Both the position numbers and the translations under genes were made by a program. DNA of 64,000 nt from an uncultured Cytophagales bacterium (GTDB lineage Bacteria > Bacteroidota > Bacteroidia > Cytophagales > JAAEPT01). Under the pieces are notes generated by a model, which ran no database searches, was not told the origin of the DNA, and saw only the letters and a program-made list of their open reading frames with translations. This document shows, piece after piece, positions 1 through 9,624 of the stretch; within the stretch, counting starts at the first letter, position 1; each line of letters starts with the position of its first letter. The stretch lies in NCBI GenBank assembly GCA_964511645.1, contig CAZEGV010000005.1, forward strand, positions 1,157 to 65,156. Direction: 5' to 3'.

Positions 1-957
1 GGCAATTGCCCCCAAAAGAGAGTATTGATCAGTCCTGTCTTGAGTCAGCTCCCAAGCAAAAACTCCTGCTCCTCCTTTATCAGTAATCATATCTATTTTA
101 GCTTCTATCAAGGGACGAGAATTATACAGTTGCCCACCATAAGCCCCATCTGCATCGTTATAATAAGCAGAAGGGTTACTTGTTGAAAAGGAATTATAAT
201 GTGTTTTGGAATTAGAGTAAAAAGGAATTGCTATGATAATTTGATTAGCATTAGCTCCCTTTGTATCGATCCAATAATTAGTTGCATTAGTTGCATGCGT
301 AAGTGATGAGTGATTAGGTCCACCACAAGACCCACAGTTACCGTCATCAAATGCCATTACTAATATATAATCCATTTTAGAGATAAAGGTACTGTTAATC
401 CCTGCATTGTTCCATTGTAAAGGTGCTACTGCGGCAGAAAGCTCTAGGGTTTTTCCTGTTTCGATTTCAATTAAATCTAGTTCTGCTCTAATCTCAGTGG
501 CTAAAGTGGCAAAATTAGTGGCGTACTGCCCTGCTGGGAATTCCCAATCGAGGTTAATGCCATCAAATCTAAAAGTTTTGACAATGTGAGCTACGTTTTT
601 AGCAAAAGCTTTACGTTTTGTACTTGTAGATATAATAGTTGTCCACCCTGTATTACCAACTGCCGCACCACCGATAGACATATGAGCCCTTACATTAACT
701 TTATGTGCTGTGCCTACAAAACGTTTGATGTTCATCTCTGCAAATCTCCATTTAACACTATTTTTACTAGCGTCTGGAGAGGCAAAAGCAATATAAACAT
801 CTGTTAATTTATCAAATTGAATACTTTGACTATATGTACCGTCTTCTATAAACCGATCTTCTACAAACCCTCCTATTCTGTCTTGTGAAAATACTGAGCT
901 AGAAATAAGTAAAAACACAACGAAGCTTAACAATATCTTTTTCATAATTTCTTTCAT
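1..957 (-). CDS. Glycoside hydrolase family 18 (chitinase-like) secreted protein, C-terminus cut by window edge
   Basis: Not in the ORF track because it runs off the edge. Own minus-strand translation from ATG 957 (alternative ATG 945) gives MKEIMKKILLSFVVFLLISSSVFSQ, a signal-like N-terminus. It contains ...VKTFRFDGINLDWEFPAGQ..., a GH18 DGxDxDWE-type catalytic block in which the second Asp is Asn. Confidence 0.8.
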   Translation of the reverse strand, partial: MKEIMKKILLSFVVFLLISSSVFSQDRIGGFVEDRFIEDGTYSQSIQFDKLTDVYIAFASPDASKNSVKWRFAEMNIKRFVGTAHKVNVRAHMSIGGAAVGNTGWTTIISTSTKRKAFAKNVAHIVKTFRFDGINLDWEFPAGQYATNFATLATEIRAELDLIEIETGKTLELSAAVAPLQWNNAGINSTFISKMDYILVMAFDDGNCGSCGGPNHSSLTHATNATNYWIDTKGANANQIIIAIPFYSNSKTHYNSFSTSNPSAYYNDADGAYGGQLYNSRPLIEAKIDMITDKGGAGVFAWELTQDRTDQYSLLGAIA

Positions 958-1037
958 TTTAAACGAGGGTATAATGTAGTATTTTTTTCACTCTTAACCT
1001 ACTTACCTTACTTCAAAAATCATTCCGAAATTTTTAT

Positions 1038-1823
1038 CTACCCTAATATTTGTGCCATTTGAGTATTATACATTTCAAAAGTAAATAGATCACTATGATG
1101 CCCCCCTTTGATAGTAGTTAAATGAGAATTCGGATTTAATTGAGATAAAATCACACTGTCTTTATAGGGAATAGTAGCATCATCCGTACCGTGAAATAGA
1201 TAAATTGGACATTTTAATTTACGTATTGATTTATCTGTACGAATATGGAATTTAAGTAAAAAAACATTCCACAGATAAGGTGCCTTTCTATTTGCCATTT
1301 CCAACATAGAAATATACGGAGTTTCTAAAATCAACAAGGAGGGGTTCACTTTAACAGAGAGCTTAGTAGCAATCCCAGTCCCTAAGGATATTCCATACTG
1401 GATAATATCCTCTGCCTTATAATGCAGTAATAGATATGAATGTAGTCTCTTAGCGTCTCTCATTAGCATCTTCTCTGTAAGTACTCCTTTACTTTTTCCA
1501 TAAGTCCTGTAATCATATACAAATACATCGTAGCCATGTTTTGTGAATTTCTCATGTTGAGGTGCCCACCGTAACAGATTTCCTTCATTGCCATGATGAA
1601 ACATCACACAGCCTTTTGGGTTACTTACTTTAAAACGTAAACAATTAACGCTTCCGAGAAATAAGTCAATCGTTTTTTCTTCAAAATCTCCTTTAAAATC
1701 AAAAACATAGTCTTGAGGCAATGCTTTTGGTTCAAAAATTAAAGATCTTTGTTTAAACAAAAAGAATAAGCTTACCAAAAAGTAAATTAAAACTAAACCA
1801 ACTATAATAACAACCCAAACCAT
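1038..1823 (-). CDS. Alpha/beta-fold hydrolase with N-terminal membrane anchor
   Basis: 261 aa with N-terminal TM MVWVVIIVGLVLIYFLVSLFFLF. It has the nucleophile elbow GISLGTG (GxSxG), a later FHGTDD block and a C-terminal GGHH typical of this fold. Confidence 0.7.
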   Translation of the reverse strand: MVWVVIIVGLVLIYFLVSLFFLFKQRSLIFEPKALPQDYVFDFKGDFEEKTIDLFLGSVNCLRFKVSNPKGCVMFHHGNEGNLLRWAPQHEKFTKHGYDVFVYDYRTYGKSKGVLTEKMLMRDAKRLHSYLLLHYKAEDIIQYGISLGTGIATKLSVKVNPSLLILETPYISMLEMANRKAPYLWNVFLLKFHIRTDKSIRKLKCPIYLFHGTDDATIPYKDSVILSQLNPNSHLTTIKGGHHSDLFTFEMYNTQMAQILG

Positions 1824-2083
1824 AAACTATTGTACCGAATAAAACCCTTAATGGTTACATAATAACTCACCATTATTAACCAGATGGATATAAGACAGTA
1901 TTATCACACTTTACAAATCGCTTATTATCAATATTTTACGTTAAAAAAACACACACCCATCAGGTTGATAATAATAAAACGTAATATATGCATAGCTTAT
2001 TAAATGAGTAGTGTACTCTAAAAATAAGAACCGTTTAGCTTGATGCTAGACGATTCTTATTAAAGAAGATTAATACTATTTGT

Positions 2084-4402
2084 TTAGTATAACACTGCTA
2101 CTTTTTTCCTCATTTTTTTTGCTGTATTTACTAAATTAATAAGCGCTGACTTTGTTTCTGGCCAGTCTCTTGTTTTTAATCCACAATCTGGATTAACCCA
2201 AATGTGATTTACGGGAAGCAAATCGCTCGCTTTTGTTAAGAGGTTTTCTATTTCATCTTCAGTAGGTACTCTTGGCGAATGGATGTCATAAACTCCTGGA
2301 CCTATTTCGTTTGGATATTTAAAATCAACAAAAACATCTAGTAATTCCATCTCTGATCGAGAAGTCTCAATAGTAATTACATCTGCATCCATATCTGCTA
2401 TACTTGCTATGATGTCATTAAACTCTGAGTAACACATATGTGTATGAATTTGTGTTTTGTCTGCAACACCACTTGCCGAAATACGAAAAGATTCTACAGC
2501 CCAATTTAAATAATTCTTCCAATTTTTCTTACGAAGAGGCAGTCCTTCTCTGATAGCTGGTTCATCTATTTGAATTACCTTAATTCCTGCCTGTTCCAAG
2601 TCATTTACTTCATCTCTAATAGCTAGTGCTATTTGCCGACAAGTTTCTGATCGTTTTTGATCGTTTCTTACAAAAGACCATTGCAAAATGGTAACAGGAC
2701 CTGTTAGCATTCCTTTTACTGGTTTTGAGGTAAGTGATTGTGCGTAAGAAGACCATTTGACAGTCATAGGGTTTGGTCTAGAAACATCTCCAAAAATAAT
2801 TGGGGGCTTCACGCATCTACTTCCATAACTTTGTACCCAACCAAAATTAGTAAAAGCAAAGCCTTCTAGTTTTTCACCAAAATACTCTACCATGTCATTT
2901 CTTTCAAACTCTCCATGTACTAATACATCTATTCCCGTTTCTTCTTGAAATCGAATAGTTTCTTCCGTTTCTTTTTGAATCAGCTCATCATACTGGGTTT
3001 GTGTTAATTCATTTTTCTTGAATTTAGCCCTCCAAGACCTTACCTCTTTTGTCTGAGGAAAAGAACCTATTGTGGTTGTGGGAAATAATGGTAAATTTAA
3101 TTCTTCTCTTTGTTTCTGCTGACGAGTAGAAAATTTAGATGCTCTTTGGCTATCATTAGTCGTTAAATTAGCAACTCTTTGCTTCACTTTTTGGTTATGT
3201 ATAAGGGTAGAGGTTTTTCTGTTTTGATTAGCTTTTTTATTCTCCTCTAATTTTTCTGCTGTATTCTTATCAATTTCTCCACTAGCTAATTTTTTAAGTG
3301 TTACTATTTCATCTACTTTTTGCTTAGCAAAAGCCAACCATTGCTTCACTTCTTTTGGTAGATTTTCCTCATTCGTTTCTAAGTCTAAATCATATGGACT
3401 ATGTAATAATGAACAAGATGACGATATCCAAACCTTATTTTCTCCAAGAGTATTAACGGCTTTTTTGATTACTTCTAAAGAGGTTAAAAAATCATTCTTC
3501 CAAACATTTCTGCCATCAACAATTCCTAAAGACAAAATGAGCTTTTTATTAAATGATTTAGCTTTTAATACTTCATCTAATTGGGTAGAAGCTCTTATCA
3601 AGTCCAAATGCAAAGCATGAATTGGTAGTTCTAATACTGTATTCAAATTGTCTTGATATGCCTCAAAATAACTTGTAAGAACTATTTTGATTGAAGGAAA
3701 TTTTTCTGCTATTTTTGTGTATGTTTTTGTAATAGCGTCTTGTTCTTGTTTAGAAAGATCTAACGCTAAGCAAGGTTCATCAAATTGAATATACTCAACT
3801 CCTTTAGCGTCTAATTGCTCAAGTAATTCAAAGTAAATAGGCAAAATAGCATCTAATAGCTCTATTCTATGAAACCCCTCTTCTTTTTCTTTTCCTAACA
3901 AAAGATAGGTAACAGGACCAATAATTACAGGCTTAGTCTTGATGCCTAAATCTAAAGCTTCTTGATATTCATGAACGATTTTAGATGAGAACAATTCAAA
4001 TGTTTGATTTTTATCAAACTCTGGAACAATATAATGATAATTTGTATCAAACCATTTGGTCATTTCCATAGCAGTAATGTCAAAACCATCTTTTTGAATA
4101 CCTCTTGCCATAGCAAAATAAAGATCTAACTGATTTCGGGTGTTTTTAACACTACTATATCTTTTAGGAATACAACCTACTGTTAGTGACATATCTAACA
4201 TCTGGTCATAAAAAGAAAAATCATTAGATGGTATCAAGTCAATACCCAAACTTTGTTGAAGTGAGAGTTTTTCTTTTCTAATTACTACTCCAATTTTTAA
4301 TAACTCATCAGAAGAAATCTCTCCTTTCCAATATTTTTCAGATGCTTTTTTTAATTCCCTTTTACTACCCACTCTTGGATATCCTAATATAGAAGTTTTC
4401 AT
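2084..4402 (-). CDS. metE: Cobalamin-independent methionine synthase (5-methyltetrahydropteroyltriglutamate-homocysteine S-methyltransferase)
   Basis: 772 aa, the length of a two-barrel MetE. It has the N-terminal MKTSILGYPRVGSKRELKKA motif and the C-terminal zinc-site region HTHMCYSEFNDI ... NPDCGLKTR. Confidence 0.95.
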   Translation of the reverse strand: MKTSILGYPRVGSKRELKKASEKYWKGEISSDELLKIGVVIRKEKLSLQQSLGIDLIPSNDFSFYDQMLDMSLTVGCIPKRYSSVKNTRNQLDLYFAMARGIQKDGFDITAMEMTKWFDTNYHYIVPEFDKNQTFELFSSKIVHEYQEALDLGIKTKPVIIGPVTYLLLGKEKEEGFHRIELLDAILPIYFELLEQLDAKGVEYIQFDEPCLALDLSKQEQDAITKTYTKIAEKFPSIKIVLTSYFEAYQDNLNTVLELPIHALHLDLIRASTQLDEVLKAKSFNKKLILSLGIVDGRNVWKNDFLTSLEVIKKAVNTLGENKVWISSSCSLLHSPYDLDLETNEENLPKEVKQWLAFAKQKVDEIVTLKKLASGEIDKNTAEKLEENKKANQNRKTSTLIHNQKVKQRVANLTTNDSQRASKFSTRQQKQREELNLPLFPTTTIGSFPQTKEVRSWRAKFKKNELTQTQYDELIQKETEETIRFQEETGIDVLVHGEFERNDMVEYFGEKLEGFAFTNFGWVQSYGSRCVKPPIIFGDVSRPNPMTVKWSSYAQSLTSKPVKGMLTGPVTILQWSFVRNDQKRSETCRQIALAIRDEVNDLEQAGIKVIQIDEPAIREGLPLRKKNWKNYLNWAVESFRISASGVADKTQIHTHMCYSEFNDIIASIADMDADVITIETSRSEMELLDVFVDFKYPNEIGPGVYDIHSPRVPTEDEIENLLTKASDLLPVNHIWVNPDCGLKTRDWPETKSALINLVNTAKKMRKKVAVLY

Positions 4403-4431
4403 ATCTTTTGTTTTTAGTTTTAAATTCTATA

Positions 4432-4439
4432 CAAATTTA
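4432..4439 (-). promoter_or_regulatory. Candidate Bacteroidetes -7 box TAAATTTG (TAnnTTTG) for metE
   Basis: The minus strand reads TAAATTTG about 30 nt upstream of the metE ATG (4402). It matches the known Bacteroidetes sigma-A -7 consensus TAnnTTTG. Confidence 0.4.
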
Positions 4440-4490
4440 TAAATAAGGTTTAATATTCTTATATTAAAGATAAAATTAGGATGAATATAC

Positions 4491-4498
4491 TATATTTG
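4491..4498 (+). promoter_or_regulatory. Candidate -7 box TATATTTG for the Lrp-family gene
   Basis: TATATTTG lies 65 nt upstream of ATG 4563 and matches TAnnTTTG. Confidence 0.35.
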
Positions 4499-4562
4499 TA
4501 TATATATAAAGATTTTAAATCCTTTTCATATAAAAAAACATCGTTTTAAAGAAAAAAATTCT

Positions 4563-5027
4563 ATGTATCAACTAGACAAAATTGACAATCAATTACTCAA
4601 TCTTTTACAAAACAACTCTAACACGACTACAAAAAATCTAGCTCAAAGAGTACACCTTTCTATTACACCTGTTTTTGAACGTATCAAACGATTAGAAAAA
4701 TTAGGGTATATTCAAAAATATGTAGCAATATTAGACGCAGACAAGCTTGATAAGGCTTTAGTTGTTTTTTGTAATATAACATTAAAAGAACATACCAAAG
4801 AAATTGGAAATCAGTTTGTGAAAGACATCAAATCTCTAAGCGAAGTTACTGAATGCTATAATATTTCTGGGGATTATGATTTTTTGTTAAAAGTACTCGT
4901 CAAAGACATGAAAGAGTATCAAAATTTTGTTATCAACCACCTTGGTGAGATTGACAATATAGGAAGTGCCCATAGCACCTTTGTAATGGGAGAAATAAAG
5001 CATTCCTACGCTGTGCCAATTACTTAA
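4563..5027 (+). CDS. Lrp/AsnC family transcriptional regulator
   Basis: 154 aa. It has an N-terminal HTH (LDKIDNQLLNLLQNNSNTTTKNLAQRVHLSITPVFERIKRLEKLGYIQ) followed by an AsnC/RAM ligand domain (ECYNISGDYDFLLKV). Confidence 0.9.
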   Translation: MYQLDKIDNQLLNLLQNNSNTTTKNLAQRVHLSITPVFERIKRLEKLGYIQKYVAILDADKLDKALVVFCNITLKEHTKEIGNQFVKDIKSLSEVTECYNISGDYDFLLKVLVKDMKEYQNFVINHLGEIDNIGSAHSTFVMGEIKHSYAVPIT

Positions 5028-5593
5028 AACCCATACCTAATACCTAGTTGAATTGTATTATTATACCATACAACAGGATCTTTACGTATAGAACGAAGGC
5101 TGTATTCTGTACCTAACTCTACGTCTAACTCTTCGATGACAGCAATTGCCAATTTTAAAGCCAATCCATAATCATTTTTATTTAGTAGGGTAGAAATATC
5201 ATTTTTGATAGCACCTTGCCTAGCTTTAGCAGAAGCTAAACGAGCAACATAAGCTCCTAAGCCAAATCGGAAATCCTTATAAACATAAGACGCAACAACA
5301 GGAGCATCAATATACAATAAAGAAACACTTAAAGCATTAGCTGGGTTTCTAGCACCTTTTCTTGCCAAATTCAACTGAAACGACAATTCAAAACCATCCG
5401 AAACATCCGCCTTAATGCCTAAACCTCCATAAGCACCCACCAAGTGATACCCAGCCAAAAGATCCCCATCTATCTGATTACCCGACACACCTACCGTCAC
5501 AAACCCTTTTATCTCTTGAGCTTGCACAGAGGCAATACTCAATACCATCACACAGAAAAAACTAAACCAATTCATCATTATAAAATTTTTCAC
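5024..5593 (-). CDS. Small outer-membrane beta-barrel (porin-family) protein
   Basis: It has the signal peptide FFCVMVLSIASVQAQE, an alternating beta-strand pattern and a C-terminal ...LGIRYGF ending in aromatic Phe. The true start is probably an internal Met (5578 or 5575), because the ORF overlaps the upstream gene. Confidence 0.65.
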   Translation of the reverse strand: MKNFIMMNWFSFFCVMVLSIASVQAQEIKGFVTVGVSGNQIDGDLLAGYHLVGAYGGLGIKADVSDGFELSFQLNLARKGARNPANALSVSLLYIDAPVVASYVYKDFRFGLGAYVARLASAKARQGAIKNDISTLLNKNDYGLALKLAIAVIEELDVELGTEYSLRSIRKDPVVWYNNTIQLGIRYGF

Positions 5594-6020
5594 ACGATCG
5601 CATTACTATTTGATACACTTCTTCAAAACCTGACTTGCCACCATAATATGGATCAGGAACATCTTTAAACAAATCATCTTCATCATAAGCCCTCATCAAT
5701 ACTAATTTTGCCCTATTGTCTTCATTTTTCATTTGATCTAGCTCAACATAGTTCTTTTTATCCATTGCTATAATATAATCAAATTTCTCAAAATCTTCTA
5801 CCTCCACTTGTCTTGCCCTAGACTTAAGGTTAATTCCATAACTCATTGCCATTTTTCGCATCCTGCCATCTGCCCGTTGCCCAACATGATAAGCTGATGT
5901 CCCCGCCGAATCTACGGCAATATCTTTCCTCTCTTTATCGTCAAGGATTTTAAGCAAAGCCCCCTCACCCATTGGTGATCGACAAATATTCCCTAAACAC
6001 ACAAATAATACTTTTTTCAT
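5562..6020 (-). CDS. Low-molecular-weight protein-tyrosine phosphatase
   Basis: 152 aa with the active-site P-loop VLFVCLGNICRSP (CX5R-S) at the N-terminus and a DP motif (VPDPYYG) near the C-terminus. Confidence 0.9.
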   Translation of the reverse strand: MKKVLFVCLGNICRSPMGEGALLKILDDKERKDIAVDSAGTSAYHVGQRADGRMRKMAMSYGINLKSRARQVEVEDFEKFDYIIAMDKKNYVELDQMKNEDNRAKLVLMRAYDEDDLFKDVPDPYYGGKSGFEEVYQIVMRSCEKFYNDELV

Positions 6021-6619
6021 CGATGATATTTTTTTTCTCCTGCAGGGATAGCTATTCCTAACACATTCTCTCTAGGCGGAATAGGACAAATATACTCATC
6101 ATTATACGCACAATAAGGATTAGTAGCCATATTAAAATCTAACAAATATTTTTTCTCTTGAAGAACCCTTGGTTTTACGTGCAAATACCTTCCTGTATCA
6201 TAAGTAGATTTTCCGTTAGTTTCATCCCCAAAAGGCAATAATAAATCACTGGGGTTTTCTTCATTCTGATACAGAAACAAAACACAAGCTTTTTTATGTA
6301 AGACAAACTCTAAGCGAGCCACTTTTTTATACATTTTAGGAGACTTTCCACTTGTCTGCTGAATTTGTACGTAATCATCCCCATCTAGCAACACCACCTT
6401 TATTTCCACCCTATATTTTTCATCTACCTCATAAAAATAAAGTTGTTGAGGAGGATTTTTAGCATCAAAAGGAGAATCAAAGTTACGTTGCATAAAAGCC
6501 AACAATTCCTCTCTTTCTTGACTTACAGTATCTATATAATTACTTGACGATGAAAACACACTTATCATAACCATCCCTAAAACTATCGCCAAAACACCTA
6601 CCACAGCCACTTTCTTCAT
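6017..6619 (-). CDS. DUF1684 domain protein
   Basis: 200 aa with an N-terminal TM or signal. The C-terminal block GKSTYDTGRYLHV ... DFNMATNPYCAYNDEYICPIPPRENVL matches the recalled DUF1684 signature. Confidence 0.65.
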   Translation of the reverse strand: MKKVAVVGVLAIVLGMVMISVFSSSSNYIDTVSQEREELLAFMQRNFDSPFDAKNPPQQLYFYEVDEKYRVEIKVVLLDGDDYVQIQQTSGKSPKMYKKVARLEFVLHKKACVLFLYQNEENPSDLLLPFGDETNGKSTYDTGRYLHVKPRVLQEKKYLLDFNMATNPYCAYNDEYICPIPPRENVLGIAIPAGEKKYHR

Positions 6620-7299
6620 AACTCTCCCTTATCTGCGAAGCTATAATACGCCTCATTACAAAATATAACATGATCCAACACAGGAATCTCCAACAGCTTC
6701 CCTGCCTCTACCAATTTCTTCGTTATCCGCCTATCTGCCTCACTTGGTTTCAATTGTCCAGAAGGATGATTGTGAACCAATATAATTGCCGAAGCTCTTT
6801 GTTCTAATGCTAATTTAAAAATTACTTTAGAATCAACACTTGTCCCCGATACACCACCCTTAGAAATCTGCATTGTTTTCATTACTTTATTAGCCCTAGA
6901 CAATGCCAAAACCCAAAACTCCTCATGATTCAAGTCCAAAAGATAAGGTCGAAGTACCTCATAAACATCCTTCGAGGAAGTGATCTTAATCTCTTCTACC
7001 TTCGATCCCTTCCGCCTTTTACCCAATTCTAAAGCACTTACAATACTAATTGCTTTTGCCTCACCAATCCCTTTAAATCTCATCAAATCTGGCACAGAAA
7101 GCCGAGCAAAAACATCCAATCGATGACCACAAGACCCCAGCATATCCTGAGCCAACTCCACCGCATTTTGCTCACGATTACCACTGCCAATCAATATCGC
7201 TATCAACTCACTATCGCTCAAAGCCTTCACACCTTTTAGCATTAATTTTTCTCGTGGTCTATCGTCTTCCGAAAGATCTAAAATCTTCTTTTCACTCAT
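6616..7299 (-). CDS. radC: RadC-family JAB-domain protein (UPF0758)
   Basis: 227 aa with an HhH region (LMRFKGIGEAKAISI) and the JAMM-like motif ILVHNHPSGQLKPSEAD. Confidence 0.9.
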   Translation of the reverse strand: MSEKKILDLSEDDRPREKLMLKGVKALSDSELIAILIGSGNREQNAVELAQDMLGSCGHRLDVFARLSVPDLMRFKGIGEAKAISIVSALELGKRRKGSKVEEIKITSSKDVYEVLRPYLLDLNHEEFWVLALSRANKVMKTMQISKGGVSGTSVDSKVIFKLALEQRASAIILVHNHPSGQLKPSEADRRITKKLVEAGKLLEIPVLDHVIFCNEAYYSFADKGEL

Positions 7300-7384
7300 T
7301 AATGCAAACTAATTGAATTAGTTTAAAAAATCAAGAAGAAGGCATCAAGTCTGTTTTTTTTTGAAATGATATAAAATAAAAACA

Positions 7385-7476
7385 GGAGCTTCCTCCTCGT
7401 ACCTCGGAGTCGGGCTATCCGTTCCCAATCTTCCCGATAAAAAATCGGGAAGGATTTCCACTTCTATCCCTAAGCC
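7385..7476 (-). repeat. Structured intergenic element, copy A (minus orientation)
   Basis: The reverse complement reads GGCTTAGGGATAGAAGTGGAAATCC-TTCCCGATTTTTTATCGGGAA-GATTGGGAACGGATAGCCCGAC-...AAGCTCC. It aligns box for box with the copies at 19282, 29456, 45508 and 59091. Confidence 0.8.
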
Positions 7477-7649
7477 AAAACCAGTAACCCCAAACAAAAC
7501 ACAATAAATTTTTAATTACTCAGTATAAAAAATTAAAAATCATTAAAAAAACAACAAAAAACAAAATAAAATTTTGCTCTCATAAGAGTATTATTTATTG
7601 CAGACTCAAATAATAATGATTACTTTTACCAGCTAAAATAAACCTAGAA

Positions 7650-8732
7650 ATGACAGCATTTCTCATCATACTACCATTCATACTAATTTACACCATTTTT
7701 GTGGTGTGGGCAGAACGAAAAGTAGCTGGTTTTGTACAAGACAGGCTTGGTCCTGTAGAGGTAGGTTACAAAGGGTTATTACAAACCATAGCCGACCTAC
7801 TTAAACTCATCCAAAAAGAAGACTTAGTACCTAAAGCAGGAATTAGGATAATCTTTTTATCAGCACCAGTAGTAATTGTAGCTGCTATTTTATCGGGATT
7901 TTCAACCATTCCATTGTCGCCAAACTGCATCGGTTCTAGCACCGAAGTAGGAGCTTTTTATTTAATCTCTATTATTTCTTTAGACGTTATTGGTTATATA
8001 ATGGCGGGATGGGGTTCTAACAACAAATACTCAACACTTGGTGCCATGAGAGCAGTTGCTCAAATCATCTCTTACGAAGTGCCGCTCACCTTGATTATTT
8101 TAGCAATGCTTATGATTGGACAAACCCTAGACTTGCAAGAACTATCATTTCAGCAAAGCTATCTCTATACAGGGCAAAGCTATTTGTTTGGGCTAAAATC
8201 TTTAAATATTAATATCTCAGATATGGGAGGAGTTTTATCGTGGAATATCATACGCTTTCCTTTTGCCATCATAGGCTTTGTAGTATTTTTTATTGCCTCA
8301 TTGGCAGAAGCCAACCGAGGTCCTTTTGATATCGCCGAAGCAGAATCAGAAATCATCGCAGGATTCCATACCGAGTACAGTGGCTTTAGGTGGTCAATGA
8401 TTATGCTTGGCGAATATGCTATATTGTTACTAATGGCATTACTTGGCACTATTCTATTCTTTGGAGGATGGAATACACCTTTCCCTAATATTGGTGATAT
8501 ACGATTAGCCGAGTGGACAACTGGCGATATCAAAGGAATATCAGGCTTGCTTTGGGGTATGTTTTGGTTATTCTCAAAAGCAATCATTTGGATTTTAGTC
8601 TCTTTATGGGTACGGTGGACTTACCCTAGACTTAGAATAGATCAGCTCATGTACTTTTGTTGGAAAGTATTAACCCCATTATCTATATTATTTGTATTAC
8701 TAGCAGGTGTTTGGCGATTAATGATGATATAA
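7650..8732 (+). CDS. nuoH: NADH-quinone oxidoreductase subunit H
   Basis: 360 aa polytopic membrane protein with ND1/NuoH blocks (VWAERKVAGFVQDRLGP, EAESEIIAGFHTEYSG). It is the first gene of a nuoHIJKLMN run. Confidence 0.93.
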   Translation: MTAFLIILPFILIYTIFVVWAERKVAGFVQDRLGPVEVGYKGLLQTIADLLKLIQKEDLVPKAGIRIIFLSAPVVIVAAILSGFSTIPLSPNCIGSSTEVGAFYLISIISLDVIGYIMAGWGSNNKYSTLGAMRAVAQIISYEVPLTLIILAMLMIGQTLDLQELSFQQSYLYTGQSYLFGLKSLNINISDMGGVLSWNIIRFPFAIIGFVVFFIASLAEANRGPFDIAEAESEIIAGFHTEYSGFRWSMIMLGEYAILLLMALLGTILFFGGWNTPFPNIGDIRLAEWTTGDIKGISGLLWGMFWLFSKAIIWILVSLWVRWTYPRLRIDQLMYFCWKVLTPLSILFVLLAGVWRLMMI

Positions 8733-8733
8733 T

Positions 8734-9624
8734 TTGAAAGGAACTCATCTTACATATTGGGGCAATATAGCCGAGGGATACACTACTTTACTAGCAGGCA
8801 TGAAACTCTCATGGAAACACCTATGGAAAGTTTGGATTGGAAAAAAGTACAGCAAAAATATTCAATCAGATAATTATTTTGACAATCAAGAAGGTGCAAT
8901 TACTGTACAATACCCAAACGAAATCATTCCTGTACCAGATCACGGACGTTATCGCTTAGACAATGTAATGGAAGATTGCATCGTTTGTGATAAATGTGTA
9001 AAAATCTGCCCGGTAAACTGCATAGAAATAGACCCAATAAGGAGTGCGAGTGAAATCAGAAAAACCTCTGACGGATCTTCTGTACGTTTGTACGCTGCCA
9101 AATTTGATATTGACATGGCAAAATGTTGCTACTGTGGTTTGTGCACAACAGTTTGCCCAACAGAATGCCTTACAATGACCAAAACCTATGATTACTCAGA
9201 GTATTCAGTGGATAAATTATTATACCATTATAGTGACCTTAGTCCTAAAGAAGCGACAGAAAAACAAGAAGAATTTGATTTGATTCAGGCCGTCAAAAAA
9301 GCAAAAAGAGAGCAAGAAGCAACAGAAAGAGCTACCGCAAAACCTACAATCAAGCCTGCTGGAGAAATTAAGCCTAAAATATTAATCAAAAAACCTTCTA
9401 CAAATGCTAATACTAACGTAAAAACAGTTGCTAAGCCTAAAATAAAAATCCTTGGGGTTAAGAAACCTAATACGATCATTAAACCCAAGATACCAACTCA
9501 AAAAAAAGAAAGTAATGACACTAATACTGTAAAACCTGTCATCAAACCTAAAATAGTCATCCCTACAAAAAAAACTGCCACACTAAAGCCCAAAATAGCT
9601 CCTAAACCTAAAAAAGATGAGTAA
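8734..9624 (+). CDS. nuoI: NADH-quinone oxidoreductase subunit I with a long Lys/Pro-rich C-terminal extension
   Basis: It has a TTG start and two 4Fe-4S ferredoxin motifs, CIVCDKCVKICP and CCYCGLCTTVCP. Residues from about 171 to 296 are low-complexity KPKI-type repeats. Confidence 0.88.
   Translation: MKGTHLTYWGNIAEGYTTLLAGMKLSWKHLWKVWIGKKYSKNIQSDNYFDNQEGAITVQYPNEIIPVPDHGRYRLDNVMEDCIVCDKCVKICPVNCIEIDPIRSASEIRKTSDGSSVRLYAAKFDIDMAKCCYCGLCTTVCPTECLTMTKTYDYSEYSVDKLLYHYSDLSPKEATEKQEEFDLIQAVKKAKREQEATERATAKPTIKPAGEIKPKILIKKPSTNANTNVKTVAKPKIKILGVKKPNTIIKPKIPTQKKESNDTNTVKPVIKPKIVIPTKKTATLKPKIAPKPKKDE

Noticed and set aside
407-807. Two plus-strand ORFs (60 and 73 aa) at the left edge
   Set aside because: They lie antisense inside the minus-strand GH18 gene, which has a signal peptide and a catalytic motif. 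They have no motifs and a Cys/Ser-rich odd composition.
4403-4562. A cobalamin or SAM riboswitch upstream of metE
   Set aside because: Only 160 AT-rich nt are shared with the divergent Lrp promoter. No B12-box or SAM-I conserved core was visible, and the candidate -7 box leaves a leader of only about 30 nt.
8180-8587. 135-aa minus-strand ORF inside nuoH, plus similar antisense or out-of-frame ORFs in the nuo genes (9285-9488, 10933-11160, 12772-13194, 13396-13632, 13984-14250, 15269-15523)
   Set aside because: All are embedded in strongly supported nuo genes and have low-complexity or atypical sequences. They are typical shadow ORFs.
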